This document shows, in pieces, positions 26,241-37,008 of a stretch of DNA of 64,000 nucleotides (the stretch's first letter is position 1; each line of letters begins with the position of its first letter). Under the pieces are notes generated by a model. That model did not search any database, was not told the origin of the DNA, and was given only the letters and a program-made list of their open reading frames with translations. Origin of the DNA: Bacteriovoracaceae bacterium (GTDB taxonomy: Bacteria > Bdellovibrionota > Bacteriovoracia > Bacteriovoracales > Bacteriovoracaceae); contig CANFHC010000007.1 in the NCBI GenBank assembly GCA_947446575.1, positions 65,763-129,762 on the forward strand, in the 5' to 3' direction. The position numbers and the translations under genes are program-made.

Positions 26241-27098
26241 TTAGGGTCGTTTTGATAATTTTTTCGCCTCTAGTTCCAACCAGTCGCGAACAGTCGCAAG
26301 CTCTTCAACACTAAGTGCTTCTAGCTTATTGGGAGGCATTTTTCCGCTAGCAATTATCGTATACATTTTTGATTGATCAGGCTGATCAAGATTTATATAT
26401 TTTCCTTTAAGCAATTCGTCAGTATTTTGTAAATTTTCAAAACTTCCTTTGTGGTTTCCATTAGCATGACAACGATAACATTTTTGCTCTAAAACTTTAT
26501 GAGCAACAGTCGGTACACTAGTGTCCTCACTGTTATATTTCAATTCATATTCGGTTAGCTTTTCTATCACTGGATCTATCCAATCAAGGATTCTCTTTTC
26601 ATCATCGCCGTTAATTTTTTTATGGGGGTATACTAACGTATAAGCACGAATCGGCATTGTCCTTTCTGTCACAGCATTTCGAATAGATTTTAAAAGAGAA
26701 ATTTGTGGAGGGTTGCCTGTTGCTTTAAAAGGAAATCCTTCTGAAAAATCCAAGGCCTTCAATCCATCTTCTTGGTGCTTATGAACGGGATTGATTCCGG
26801 GTAAAATTCGCCCATAGATTGGTAGTTTTGTATTAGCATCATGACAACTAAAACATTTATTTCGAATAATTTCACTTATGCCTTGAAAAGATTCTTTGGC
26901 ATCAGCATTGATTTCACTCCAGACTCTTTTTTTATCCTCTAGAAATTTTTTTCGCTCTTGAGCAATGGTTTCCAGTTTAATAACTTCATTTAGCTTTTCT
27001 TGATTAGAATCGCTGAATTTTAAAGTGCTCGCATCTTTTGATGCAATCGGATTCCCGCAGGAAACAAGGATAAATAGAGGAATAAATACGTATTTCAT
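26241..27098 (-). CDS. Diheme c-type cytochrome (lipoprotein)
   Basis: Two CxxCH haem-binding motifs (CFSCHD, CYRCHA) are present. The signal peptide carries an LVSC|GN lipobox. Confidence 0.7.
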   Translation of the reverse strand: MKYVFIPLFILVSCGNPIASKDASTLKFSDSNQEKLNEVIKLETIAQERKKFLEDKKRVWSEINADAKESFQGISEIIRNKCFSCHDANTKLPIYGRILPGINPVHKHQEDGLKALDFSEGFPFKATGNPPQISLLKSIRNAVTERTMPIRAYTLVYPHKKINGDDEKRILDWIDPVIEKLTEYELKYNSEDTSVPTVAHKVLEQKCYRCHANGNHKGSFENLQNTDELLKGKYINLDQPDQSKMYTIIASGKMPPNKLEALSVEELATVRDWLELEAKKLSKRP

Positions 27099-27157
27099 TA
27101 CGTGAGTCTAACAGAGCTATAAAAAAGAATTCGAGAAATTAATAAGGTCTGTAAAAT

Positions 27158-27682
27158 TTACTTATGTTCTTTTTCAAAACGATTTTTTATGAGCTTTGTA
27201 TATGACTTATTCAACTGATATTCGCTCACTTCTTTGCTCTTATCCACTGCGAGGTCGCATTCCATACTTAATTCTTCAGTGCTGTTTTGAGTTTGAAAAT
27301 TGAAAATTGTATAATACCAATTCTGAACATTATTCCACTTAGGCGTAGATGTATAAATTGGTTTTTGTAGATTTAAACCATGCTCTTTACTTAAAAGACG
27401 AGCACATTCTATAATGAGATAATTGCGGTATTCAGGAATATTTTGCAAGCTCGTAAAGTAGTCATTGCGGTCAATTTCTTTCGGTATGAAATTATCCACT
27501 CCACTTGCTTTAAAGGAAGCTTTGGAATCTGCTGTTAAATCTTTTGTTGAAAGATCTACAAAGCTCCCTGCGGGATGAACTTCAATACCACTACAACTTG
27601 TTAGAAAAATAAGTACAACAATTAGATTTTTCATGCTTTCGAGATTATCAAAAACGTGACGACTATAAAAGAACTTTTCCAA
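27158..27682 (-). CDS. Lipoprotein, hypothetical
   Basis: The lipobox is LTSC|SG. The gene overlaps lepB by 20 bp. Confidence 0.45.
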   Translation of the reverse strand: MEKFFYSRHVFDNLESMKNLIVVLIFLTSCSGIEVHPAGSFVDLSTKDLTADSKASFKASGVDNFIPKEIDRNDYFTSLQNIPEYRNYLIIECARLLSKEHGLNLQKPIYTSTPKWNNVQNWYYTIFNFQTQNSTEELSMECDLAVDKSKEVSEYQLNKSYTKLIKNRFEKEHK

Positions 27683-28367
27683 TTCGCGACGGCGTCACTG
27701 TCATTCCTTCATCTGAAAAAGGAGTCGTAAGCGACATCCAAACAAACAAGGCCCTTCCTTTGATATTTTCTTTAGGTACAAATCCCCAATAACGTGAATC
27801 AGCAGAGAAATCACGATTGTCACCCATAACAAAAAATTTACCTTCAGGGACTTTAAATTTTGCAACAGTATCCACTCTGGTTTCTTTGTTAGTCATTTGG
27901 ATGTCATAATCTCCTCTAGGGCCTTTAACTTTGAAAAAATCGACTTTGATTCCATCAAAACTAGTGGCAAATTCTAAAGTCTTAGAAGAATTGTCATTCA
28001 TTGCAGTAACTATTTTCCCATTCACGTAAACCGACTTATTAACTAATTCAATTTCGTCCCCAGGAGTACCAATGACTCTTTTGATATAACTAATACTTGG
28101 ATCCATCGGATATTTAAAAACAATAATATCTTCCTTTTTAGGTTCATCAAATTGAATCAAATATATTGGAGCAGAAAACATATCAGAAAAGGGTAATTTA
28201 ATTCCATAAGAAAATTTATTCACAACAATAAAATCTCCAATTTTAATAGTTGGAATCATCGAACCAGTTGGGATGCGAAATGGCTCAAAACAAGCAGAGC
28301 GAAAAGCAAAAACCAAAAATACGGTTAACGCCAGTGATCTTACTTCTTTAAAATTAATTTTTTTCAT
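27663..28367 (-). CDS. lepB: Signal peptidase I
   Basis: An N-terminal transmembrane helix precedes the catalytic Ser box (PTGSMIPTIKIGD) and the S26-family Lys box (YIKRVIG) and C-terminal GDNRDFSADSRYWGFV. Confidence 0.85.
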   Translation of the reverse strand: MKKINFKEVRSLALTVFLVFAFRSACFEPFRIPTGSMIPTIKIGDFIVVNKFSYGIKLPFSDMFSAPIYLIQFDEPKKEDIIVFKYPMDPSISYIKRVIGTPGDEIELVNKSVYVNGKIVTAMNDNSSKTLEFATSFDGIKVDFFKVKGPRGDYDIQMTNKETRVDTVAKFKVPEGKFFVMGDNRDFSADSRYWGFVPKENIKGRALFVWMSLTTPFSDEGMTVTPSRIGKVLL

Positions 28368-28483
28368 CGAAATTCCTCATTAAAATTAGATCTGATTATA
28401 CTAATAAAATTTTCCAAGTTTGACTAAGCTTTAGTCAGTACTCTACTGTTTGTTGATATCGAACATCTTAAGGAAGCATCAAA

Positions 28484-29158
28484 ATGATAACCGTTCATCA
28501 CTTAAATAACTCTCGCTCTCAAAGAATTTTATGGCTGCTTGAAGAGTTAAATATTCCTTACGAAATAAAATTCTACCACCGCGATCCACAAACGATGCTT
28601 GCTCCTCCCGAGTTAAAAAAAATCCATCCTCTTGGGAAATCACCAGTCATCAGCGACTCTCAAGGCTTTGTAATAGCAGAATCTGGAGCGATTATTGAAT
28701 ATATCTTAGACAATTTTGAAGTGGGTGCTCTTAATCCGCCCAAGAGGACAAAAGCAGCCTATGCTTTCAGCTACTGGCTTCATTATGCGGAAGGTTCAGC
28801 AATGCCCCCATTGCTCTTATACTTAGTCTTTAATCGTCTTCCAAAGGGGCCTATTCCTTTTTTCCTTAAACCCATTGTTAAGTTGATTTCTGATAAAGTT
28901 TTAAAAGCTTACGTAAACCCACAAATCAAATTGCATATTGATTATATTGAAGGCCATTTAGAAAAAAACTTATGGTTTGCTGGTGAGAATTTTACTGCAG
29001 CCGATATTCAAATGAGTTTTCCACTTGAAGCAGCTTCAACGGGGATAGATTTTAAAAACCAATATCCTAAAATTGAGAATTTTCTTAATCGAATACATGC
29101 TCGAACTTCTTATCAAGCTGCATTGAAAAAAGGTGGTTCATACGATTTATTGAGCTAG
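28484..29158 (+). CDS. Glutathione S-transferase-family protein
   Basis: It has an N-terminal thioredoxin-like GST domain (...HPLGKSPVI...ESGAIIEYI) and a C-terminal helical domain. Confidence 0.7.
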   Translation: MITVHHLNNSRSQRILWLLEELNIPYEIKFYHRDPQTMLAPPELKKIHPLGKSPVISDSQGFVIAESGAIIEYILDNFEVGALNPPKRTKAAYAFSYWLHYAEGSAMPPLLLYLVFNRLPKGPIPFFLKPIVKLISDKVLKAYVNPQIKLHIDYIEGHLEKNLWFAGENFTAADIQMSFPLEAASTGIDFKNQYPKIENFLNRIHARTSYQAALKKGGSYDLLS

Positions 29159-29535
29159 TGCAGTGAGGCAATTTCTCTAACTGTTTCTAGGAGATGGTTT
29201 AGCTCAAGAGGTTTCCTGATAAAATTCTCCAATCCGTATTCAGCTAATTTATTATTGCTTTGCTCTTGTGCTGACATGACGAGCACTGGAATTGAATTCC
29301 ATAGGGGATGCTTTAGTTGTTCTTCGCGAAATTCGTATCCATTCATAACAGGCATCATCACGTCCATCAATATGACGTCAGGCAAATTATTTTCTAGAGA
29401 TTTGATTCCATCTAGACCATTTGTAGATGAGTCAACGTAATAACCTTCACTTTCAAAGATTTCTACTAGTAACTCCCGAATAGATGCATCGTCTTCGACG
29501 ATTAATATCTTTTTCATAGGATGAGTATTCAACAC
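29155..29535 (-). CDS. Single-domain CheY-like response regulator
   Basis: The receiver domain reads KILIVEDDASIRELL...DVILMDVMMPVMNG...LVMSA..., with the phospho-acceptor Asp and the conserved Lys present. Confidence 0.8.
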   Translation of the reverse strand: MLNTHPMKKILIVEDDASIRELLVEIFESEGYYVDSSTNGLDGIKSLENNLPDVILMDVMMPVMNGYEFREEQLKHPLWNSIPVLVMSAQEQSNNKLAEYGLENFIRKPLELNHLLETVREIASLH

Positions 29536-29807
29536 GTATTCAAAATATAAAAGAAATTCCCTCTTACAAAAACTATCAATTTCATAATTAAAAAATTCGT
29601 CATTGTAACTTATAATTTTTACCTATGAGAGATCTTTATTCGGTTGCACTTTGATACCAATACATATGCATTGTTGAAAAAATGTTACAATTTGTACTAA
29701 TTCAAAGTAAGAATTTTTTTTTCGCATTAATTTTTTACAGGACATTTGATCCTCTTGGTTTGAGGTGGTACCGCTTAAATAACAAATAATTTTATGGTGG
29801 AGACCGT

Positions 29808-30281
29808 ATGAAGAAAAATATCTACTCTCTTGTCGTTGTTACCTTTATTTTGATGGTATCCTGTGGAAAAACAAATACCATAAATACCAATGCAACTGTG
29901 AATGGCGTAAATGGCATTAATACCAACACGACACTAACAGCATTAAGTAGCTTCGAGGGAAACTACGATCTCATAAGAATGGGATCTAATGATTGTGGGG
30001 CAAGCATTCAATTAATAAGGGACTGCAACGGTCTTATGCTTTTGAGTAATAATCATATGGGCGCAGAAGAATTTTGCAATATCAACAGAGGACAAAATCG
30101 CAATTCCGCAATCGTGACACTTGAAGGAAATGTTATTAAGTCTGTTGTTTCGATGGGCGAGAGACCAGGGCAATTTCAAGTAAGTTATACGAATACACTT
30201 ACACTTAATAGCGATGGTACTCTCGTCAAGATTTCTAATTTAAAAAGCAGAGAGAGTCGCTGTCTATACCAAAAAAGATAA
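29808..30281 (+). CDS. Lipoprotein, hypothetical
   Basis: The lipobox is MVSC|GK. Confidence 0.45.
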   Translation: MKKNIYSLVVVTFILMVSCGKTNTINTNATVNGVNGINTNTTLTALSSFEGNYDLIRMGSNDCGASIQLIRDCNGLMLLSNNHMGAEEFCNINRGQNRNSAIVTLEGNVIKSVVSMGERPGQFQVSYTNTLTLNSDGTLVKISNLKSRESRCLYQKR

Positions 30282-30284
30282 TAA

Positions 30285-30833
30285 CTATTCTTCTAGTGTA
30301 CAAACGATGCGCTTATGAACATCTTTACCTAAGTAAGCGCCATCGATATTGCTTTTTAAAATTTTTCCCTCGCGAAAAATACTAGAAGTGAAGCTTCCAA
30401 CTTTAGCACCTAAAAAATAAACATCTGCATCTGAATTAACTGCAAGGCCCTCGCAACGAGCTTTACCTTCGATGCGAACCCGTACGTTAATTCTTGGTAG
30501 TACTTCTTTTCTTGAAATGACTTGGTCATTTGTTTTAAATTGTTCTGTACGGCTTTCACCAGTTTCATCATCGTTATATTCAATATCGTAAACTTCATAA
30601 TTAGATTCTTGGTGTTGATCAACTATGTATTCACCTTTGATTGTTCTGACTTCTGAATAACATTTATTGTAGCGGCCTTGGAGTGCTGGACATTCAGCGT
30701 ATGAAAGAGCAGAAAACGTGAGGGTAGAGATTATGAATAATAATTTCATTAGATACATCCTTGTTCTAAATTTTTTAAATGTCCTATTAGAATAAAAAGA
30801 AATGGAAGCTGCTGTCATTGTGCAAACGATCAC
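30285..30833 (-). CDS. Secreted hypothetical protein (start probably the internal MKLLFIIS...)
   Basis: A signal peptide follows the internal Met. Confidence 0.4.
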   Translation of the reverse strand: MIVCTMTAASISFYSNRTFKKFRTRMYLMKLLFIISTLTFSALSYAECPALQGRYNKCYSEVRTIKGEYIVDQHQESNYEVYDIEYNDDETGESRTEQFKTNDQVISRKEVLPRINVRVRIEGKARCEGLAVNSDADVYFLGAKVGSFTSSIFREGKILKSNIDGAYLGKDVHKRIVCTLEE

Positions 30834-31072
30834 ACTTACTCTTTCAGATCAGTTCCCCCATTAATAATATCTGAAACAAGGCCTTCATTTTTGCCCATTT
30901 CTGCTCTAATCGCACCAGTGATACCCATTATTGTAAGAACAATATAGAAAAGACTGTATGATTTTTTTATTACTTTGAAGTAGGTCGATTTGTTTTTTTC
31001 TAAACATAATTCTCTCTTTAAAATCTGATCTTAAAATTATCGCTTTCAAAGAGAGAATCTTTAAATTAAAAA

Positions 31073-32929
31073 TTAAACAATATCATTTTGCGGTTTAATC
31101 TCATTTTTGTCCTGTAAATTAGACAAGATCGAGGCCATTATCAGTCCTTGCATTCCTCCACCTTCACTACCACCACCAGCATAAATATCTGGAGTGATCT
31201 TAATATTTTTCTCAGCAAGCTTATTGATGATTTCAACGGCTGCAAGATTTTTAGGACCAAGAGCTTTTGCACTAGCAAGATATGCTTTTGCGCGCGCTTC
31301 CCCAACTCTTTCAATTGATTCAGCTTCAGCGATTGCTTTTACACGAACTGATTCAGCCTGAGCAATTGAGCTCACTCGAAGAGATTCGGCTTCTGCTAAA
31401 GCCTGAACTTTTACTTTTTCAGATTGCCCTTTTGCTTCTTCAATAGATTGTTGAGCGCGAGAATTAGCAATTTTAATTCCTTGCTCCTGTTTAACAACTT
31501 CGGCTTGAGATTCAGCTAAGGCAATTGATTCAAGAAGTTTTTTTCTTTCATCTTGAGCTAATTTTTGAGAAGCATAAGTTGTTCTTTCTTCATCAGCAAT
31601 TTTACGATTCGTGAGAGTTAACATCAATTGTTCTGGTGGAACCAAGTCACCAATCAACGTATCTACTGCTTCAACATCGTATTCAAGAAGTGCATCTTTG
31701 ATGAACCTTGCAGCTTCTTTTTGTCTTTCAGATCTCGTTTTAATATAATCCAGAGCTTCTGAAGCCTGACAAGAGTTTCTAAAATAGTTTCCAATGATTG
31801 GTTGTAAAATATTATCAACTAAGTTTTGCATAGAACCAACTCTTGCAATTACTTTTGAGGCCATACCTGCGCCAACGTGAATGATTTGAGAAACATCAAT
31901 ACTCATTGAGAAACCATCTTTAGTTCTTGCAGTAATTGAATTTAAGTTTTCATCATACTTATGACTTGAACTCTCTCTTCCCCAATTTAAAACAATATTA
32001 GTTGTAGGAATTTTTTCAACTTTTAAAATTTTTGTATTGAGGGCATGCTTCCCTGGGAAAAGTGGTTCAGCCCAAATACCACGATTACCTTTTTTCACTA
32101 AATTGCTATGAGTAAATTCCGCACCTGAGACGTCTTCATCCGAATCCCCTGATGAAGAAACGACCACTCCTACATAACCAATGTCAATTTCGGTCATTGG
32201 GATTTGTTCAATTTTAGCAAACCATGGATTGATTGTGTACGAACCAGGTCTTAACACATCTTCTTGCAAACCTTTAAAACCACCATTTTTAATAAATAAT
32301 TTTCCATCTTGGAAAGAAGAGTGACCTGGAATACTAGTTCCAGCAATGCGCCCTTCAACTAATGGCTGACCATCTAAAACAGTGACGAGGCCCACAAAGT
32401 CACTTTTAATTTGAGTCATTTTTAAAAATTCTTTTGTGACTCCAGTCAGATTTTTTTGTTCAATATTATCAGTCGTGATGACTTCAAATAAAGAAGTGTT
32501 GATACGATAAACACCTGCAGTAAGAAGACCTAACTGACGACCTTTTTCCCCACCATTATTTAAAAACTTTCCAGCGTCTTGAAAGTTATTACAGTCAACA
32601 ACTTCTGCCAGAATTCGATTCGCTGGAATTTGACCACCATCGCGAGCTACAACTAATCCAATTTCACCTTCTTTAATAATAGTGATTGGCTGTTTAATAA
32701 CATCGTACATGAAACTCCACAGCCATAAATGCCAACCTGGAGCAAGTGTGTTGGCTTGATAACCAGCTTCGCCATCAGTTGCCACGAAACGATTATTCGG
32801 AAGTGGCTTACCAATTTTTTTAACAAGGATTCCAACTTGCGCTTCACCAATAACTACTAGGCCAAAAGCAAACTTAACTAGAACAAAAGCTAAAACGATC
32901 GAGAGAAAAATCCAAAAGGGAATGGGCAT
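31073..32929 (-). CDS. SPFH/band-7 (flotillin/YqiK-like) membrane-scaffold protein
   Basis: An N-terminal transmembrane helix and SPFH domain are followed by a long Ala/Glu-rich coiled-coil C-terminus (…AEAESLRVSSIAQAESVRVKAIAEAES…). Confidence 0.7.
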   Translation of the reverse strand: MPIPFWIFLSIVLAFVLVKFAFGLVVIGEAQVGILVKKIGKPLPNNRFVATDGEAGYQANTLAPGWHLWLWSFMYDVIKQPITIIKEGEIGLVVARDGGQIPANRILAEVVDCNNFQDAGKFLNNGGEKGRQLGLLTAGVYRINTSLFEVITTDNIEQKNLTGVTKEFLKMTQIKSDFVGLVTVLDGQPLVEGRIAGTSIPGHSSFQDGKLFIKNGGFKGLQEDVLRPGSYTINPWFAKIEQIPMTEIDIGYVGVVVSSSGDSDEDVSGAEFTHSNLVKKGNRGIWAEPLFPGKHALNTKILKVEKIPTTNIVLNWGRESSSHKYDENLNSITARTKDGFSMSIDVSQIIHVGAGMASKVIARVGSMQNLVDNILQPIIGNYFRNSCQASEALDYIKTRSERQKEAARFIKDALLEYDVEAVDTLIGDLVPPEQLMLTLTNRKIADEERTTYASQKLAQDERKKLLESIALAESQAEVVKQEQGIKIANSRAQQSIEEAKGQSEKVKVQALAEAESLRVSSIAQAESVRVKAIAEAESIERVGEARAKAYLASAKALGPKNLAAVEIINKLAEKNIKITPDIYAGGGSEGGGMQGLIMASILSNLQDKNEIKPQNDIV

Positions 32930-33195
32930 ATAATACTTCCTTCAAACGAAACTCATAATGAGTTCTTATATTTTTTCCGTATGACGGATTTTATACCTCC
33001 CAACCTTGCTACACAAGGCTCTAACTAAGAATAAAATTATATAAGCTCTCAACCAATAGTTTTATTCAATCAAACTTTGACTCATGATTGAAATTAAGCT
33101 TTCAAATATATCTTATCATTTGCACTCTCCCTATTGACGAGCCCCCTTGAGGTGCGATTTGCTAAGCCAGCACAATTTTCAATCCCAAGGAGCCC

Positions 33196-34458
33196 TTGAT
33201 CATGAAAATTAAATGTCTGCTGCTTTTTTTGACAATTCTAATTTGTTGTTCGTGCAAAAATGCCGAAAATTCTAATGTAGAATCCGATGCCATTCATCGA
33301 GGTGAATACAGAATAGGTCTATACAAAGATACAATATTAGATAAAACAAAAATCACTCATATTATTGTCGTTGGCTCCGCTCTAAAAGAAGACTCCGATC
33401 AATTTTTTCAATCGGGTCTAGGTCGCGCTCAAAGATATAAAGAGCTATGGCCCGATCATCAAGTAGTGATCATGAGTAGCCCTGATGTTCTCAATATGAC
33501 CGATGAAGCTGTTTTTACAAAATATAAAATACCTGTTGTAAAAGCTGTCTGGCAAAAATTCACGGCCCCACTTTTATTAAATGAAATCGAAGTTTTTGAT
33601 CGCATAGCAAGTTTTGATTTTTATGGTCATGCTTCTCCATGGTCACTCATCATAGGCAAAACGGCTGCTGCTTTTGACCCGAGCACTCACTATGAAAGAT
33701 TAAAACAAATGCGCTCGCATTTTGTCGATAATGCCTCTGCCACACTCAACGCTTGCAACACAGGTTTTTACTTAGCTCCCGACTTAAGTCAAGGATTAGG
33801 CATTCCTGTTTCTGGGTCACTCACTAGCTCAGTATTTGAAACAGTAGAAGCAGATGGACTTTGGTATAAAGAAGAAGATCGAACACTGAAAGATTATGTT
33901 CAAAATAATAAAGTTAGTTACAAAAATAGTTTCTCTTGTAGTTTAGGACTTTGCTCCCGTATGAAATCTTCAAGAGTTAATTATTCATCTTATTGGGGAA
34001 GTTTTACCGAAGGTGGATTAAGTTTTGATAAATTTTTCTGTAATTACGAAAATAGTCGAGATGGTCGTTGTGAGCGTGGAATGGCAATGTCGCTTTTAAG
34101 TTTTCCTTCTGTTCGCCCAATAAGCATAAACTCTAGCCTCGAAGACTTCAAAGCAGTTGTCTTTGATTGGCTTTGTTCAACAGGCAATACTAAAAACTAT
34201 TTTTCAAAATGTGTTATTGGTTTAAAGAATGCTACAGATCGAGGCGATTTGGTATATCAGGCTCATCCTGGAAATGAACTCGATTGCGATTTTATTTCCT
34301 GTCATACTAAAATTGTCTGCAAGTTTAAAACAACAGAAGAAGGACCAATTCCTGGTTCATGTAATCTAGAGACAGTACCCAATTCAAATCCTACAAACGT
34401 GGCACGTGAATATTTAAGTTTGATTCACGGGTTCCAAGATCTTAAAAATTCAAACTAG
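33196..34458 (+). CDS. Cys-rich lipoprotein, hypothetical
   Basis: The signal peptide carries a Cys cluster (LICCSC). The protein is 420 aa with about 18 Cys. Confidence 0.45.
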   Translation: MIMKIKCLLLFLTILICCSCKNAENSNVESDAIHRGEYRIGLYKDTILDKTKITHIIVVGSALKEDSDQFFQSGLGRAQRYKELWPDHQVVIMSSPDVLNMTDEAVFTKYKIPVVKAVWQKFTAPLLLNEIEVFDRIASFDFYGHASPWSLIIGKTAAAFDPSTHYERLKQMRSHFVDNASATLNACNTGFYLAPDLSQGLGIPVSGSLTSSVFETVEADGLWYKEEDRTLKDYVQNNKVSYKNSFSCSLGLCSRMKSSRVNYSSYWGSFTEGGLSFDKFFCNYENSRDGRCERGMAMSLLSFPSVRPISINSSLEDFKAVVFDWLCSTGNTKNYFSKCVIGLKNATDRGDLVYQAHPGNELDCDFISCHTKIVCKFKTTEEGPIPGSCNLETVPNSNPTNVAREYLSLIHGFQDLKNSN

Positions 34459-34910
34459 AACCATACTTCCATTTGCATTCATAGAGAGTTGGCTCCCTTT
34501 CTTCCTTGCAAGTTGACTTATATGAACAGAAGAGAAATTATACTCAAGTGATTACGTAATTTAATCAATTGTTTAAAACAAAAATCCAAATCGCAAAAAC
34601 TCAAAATTAGATCGGAGTTATTGGCGCTGGTTCTCTTCCTATATTTATGATGATGAAAGAAATAATTCCACACTACATAAGCAGTTTTGATCTCGAGGAA
34701 GCTCGACTTGGTCAGGCGATTCAAAAAACAAAAATAGAACTTTCTGCTGAGGTTTTAAAGAAAATTCTTAGGATCGTTAAAAAAGATAGTGTAAATGCTG
34801 AATTCGCAGCACTTACAATCGCAAATCAACTTGATGCTAGTAATTCTCTTGAAGTTATTGAGATCCAAAAAATATTTAACCTTATTCAAACACTAATAGA
34901 TAAAAAATAA

Positions 34911-34936
34911 AAAAAGCCCTCTTTTGAGGGCCTTAA
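34911..34936. terminator. Bidirectional Rho-independent terminator (gccctc-tttt-gagggc) flanked by A and T runs
   Basis: It lies between the convergent ORFs 34647..34910 and 34942..35748. Confidence 0.6.
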
Positions 34937-34941
34937 TTTTT

Positions 34942-35748
34942 TTATTTGCTTACGTTTGTTGCCGGAGCATCGTCTTTCATCCAATCAGGTTGAGTGTAGG
35001 CGTTAGGAGTAGATTTTTTTCCTTCTTTGCCAGAACGAGCACTGTTGTCTACTGAAGTATTCTCTTCTTTTTTAGGAGCTTTTAAATCAGGAGGTAAAAC
35101 TAAAAGATCTTCAGTTAATTTTTTATAAACAGCATCTGAATTTTCGATGCTCTTATCTTTTCTTCTCACACAAGTAATTTCGACATATTTTCTAATTGTG
35201 AATTTTCCTGCTTCATCAACATAAAGCTCAGGATCTTTTGGATTGCCCAAAAAATTTGTGTCGATCACTAATCCTTGCTTATCAAGTTTATCAACTGACT
35301 TATCTGGATTAACTTTATTTTCCCAAACTTCTGCCGAGATCACGCTCTTTACAGATTTTTCATAACCTAAGTAACTACAAAGAGCATCGCCACTAGTTAT
35401 TCTTTTTTCCTTTGGTGGATTAAAACGATAATCAATTCTCATTGCAAAAAATGGTTTCCCAAATCCTGCATCAAAGAGTTCATCCTTAGTGAATTTTTTA
35501 AATTCAATATTCTCTTTTTTCTGAGCATCTGCTGCACTTTGATTTTTAGATGCATCTTCTTTAGCTTTGCTCTTTGCCACTTGTTCTTTAGAGTAATCAG
35601 AAACGCCAAACTTATCCTGGCATTTTTTTATTTGCTCTGCAGATGATCCACCACTTTCAATCAAATCATCACAAAGATTTTTTGAAGCAGCATTAGCTAC
35701 AGAAAGAGTCGATAGAGTTAAAAGAATAGTAAAATATTTTAATTTCAT
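34942..35748 (-). CDS. Secreted hypothetical protein
   Basis: It has a signal peptide (…LSVANA|AS) and a Lys-rich mature region. Confidence 0.45.
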   Translation of the reverse strand: MKLKYFTILLTLSTLSVANAASKNLCDDLIESGGSSAEQIKKCQDKFGVSDYSKEQVAKSKAKEDASKNQSAADAQKKENIEFKKFTKDELFDAGFGKPFFAMRIDYRFNPPKEKRITSGDALCSYLGYEKSVKSVISAEVWENKVNPDKSVDKLDKQGLVIDTNFLGNPKDPELYVDEAGKFTIRKYVEITCVRRKDKSIENSDAVYKKLTEDLLVLPPDLKAPKKEENTSVDNSARSGKEGKKSTPNAYTQPDWMKDDAPATNVSK

Positions 35749-35834
35749 TATGAAACCTCACTATCAATAGTTTAATCTATTTTGTTCTTCTCTATCAACT
35801 TTAGATGCCATACCGGCAAAATTTGGCCGAGTAA

Positions 35835-36443
35835 TTAGATCGGATTTGGATCTACCTTAAAACGGTTCTCATTATGAATGTATTCACATTTATAGACCAC
35901 ACAATTAGGAATAGTGAGCAGGCTATGATTTTCAGGTAAAAAACTATGTAAAATGTTGCGGAGGGCACCGCCATGAGTGCTGATTCCGATGAATTTGTGA
36001 TTAGTTGTTTCAATGATCTCCATCAGTGCTTTATGGAATCTGTCTCTGGCCTCAAATCTTGTTTCTCCACCGGGAAAAGAAATTTGGTCATTAGCGCGAT
36101 TGAAAGTCTGAAAGCGGAGCCACAAATCTTCACCATAAAGATTGATTGCTTCATTGTACAAGAGCCCTTCGGCTTCCCCGTAACTCATTTCTCGCAAACG
36201 CGGATCAATTACAATTGGAATTCCTTTTTTCTCTGCTACTAATTTTCCCGTGTTATGCGCTCGAGCCAAATCACTAGAAATAATGATGTCCATTGGAAAA
36301 TCCGACATCTTCATAGCTAAGTTCGCTGCTTGCTCTATCCCTGTGGCGTTTAGTTGCACATTAGTATGTCCTTGGCAGCGTCTTTCTCGATTCCAATCTG
36401 TCTCCCCATGCCGAAAAATATAAAACACTCTATTCATAGTCAT
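35835..36443 (-). CDS. Histidine-phosphatase-superfamily (phosphoglycerate-mutase-like) protein
   Basis: The N-terminal RHGETDWN catalytic motif is present, with a later ...ISTHGG... motif. Confidence 0.75.
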   Translation of the reverse strand: MTMNRVFYIFRHGETDWNRERRCQGHTNVQLNATGIEQAANLAMKMSDFPMDIIISSDLARAHNTGKLVAEKKGIPIVIDPRLREMSYGEAEGLLYNEAINLYGEDLWLRFQTFNRANDQISFPGGETRFEARDRFHKALMEIIETTNHKFIGISTHGGALRNILHSFLPENHSLLTIPNCVVYKCEYIHNENRFKVDPNPI

Positions 36444-36468
36444 TAATTTATCCTAAAATCCAAAAATT

Positions 36469-37008
36469 ATGAACCTCTTGATTATAAAATCTCTCCATAT
36501 CATTTCAGTTGTAACCTGGTTTGCAGGTCTCTTTTATATGCCTAGGCTCTTCGTTTATTTTGCTGAAGCCGAGGCTAAAAATCCAACCGAAAAAAAAATA
36601 TTACAAGACCAGTTTAAAATTATGCAGCGTCGACTTTGGTATGGAATCACATGGCCTTCGGCCATTGCAGTTCTCATTCTTGGTTCTGCGCTTGCTAGTC
36701 AGTTCTGGCCGCTTTCTCAATATCCATGGCTTATCGTCAAACTAGTTTTTGTGTCCGGGCTTTATGGATATCATTTTTTTCTAGGTAATATTTTTAAAAA
36801 ACAACAAACTAATATTATATCTTTTTCACCAATGGCATTAAGAGTTATTAATGAAATTTCTACGCTTTTTTTAGTGTCTATCGTATTTCTCGTTGTCTTA
36901 AAAAATGTATTGAGTATGGTGTATGGATTAGTCGGGCTTTTACTTTTCATTGCTCTGCTAATGATAGGTATTAAAACCTATAAAAACATACGCGAGAAAA
37001 ACATATGA
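36469..37008 (+). CDS. hemJ: Protoporphyrinogen IX oxidase HemJ-family (UPF0093) membrane protein
   Basis: It has four or five transmembrane segments and the conserved HemJ motif ...WFAGLFYMPRLFVY... Confidence 0.6.
   Translation: MNLLIIKSLHIISVVTWFAGLFYMPRLFVYFAEAEAKNPTEKKILQDQFKIMQRRLWYGITWPSAIAVLILGSALASQFWPLSQYPWLIVKLVFVSGLYGYHFFLGNIFKKQQTNIISFSPMALRVINEISTLFLVSIVFLVVLKNVLSMVYGLVGLLLFIALLMIGIKTYKNIREKNI

Noticed and set aside
34647-34910. An 87-aa plus-strand ORF between hypothetical genes
   Set aside because: It has no motif and no obvious ribosome-binding site in a short intergenic region. The terminator hairpin immediately follows it. It could be a real small protein, but the sequence alone gives no support.
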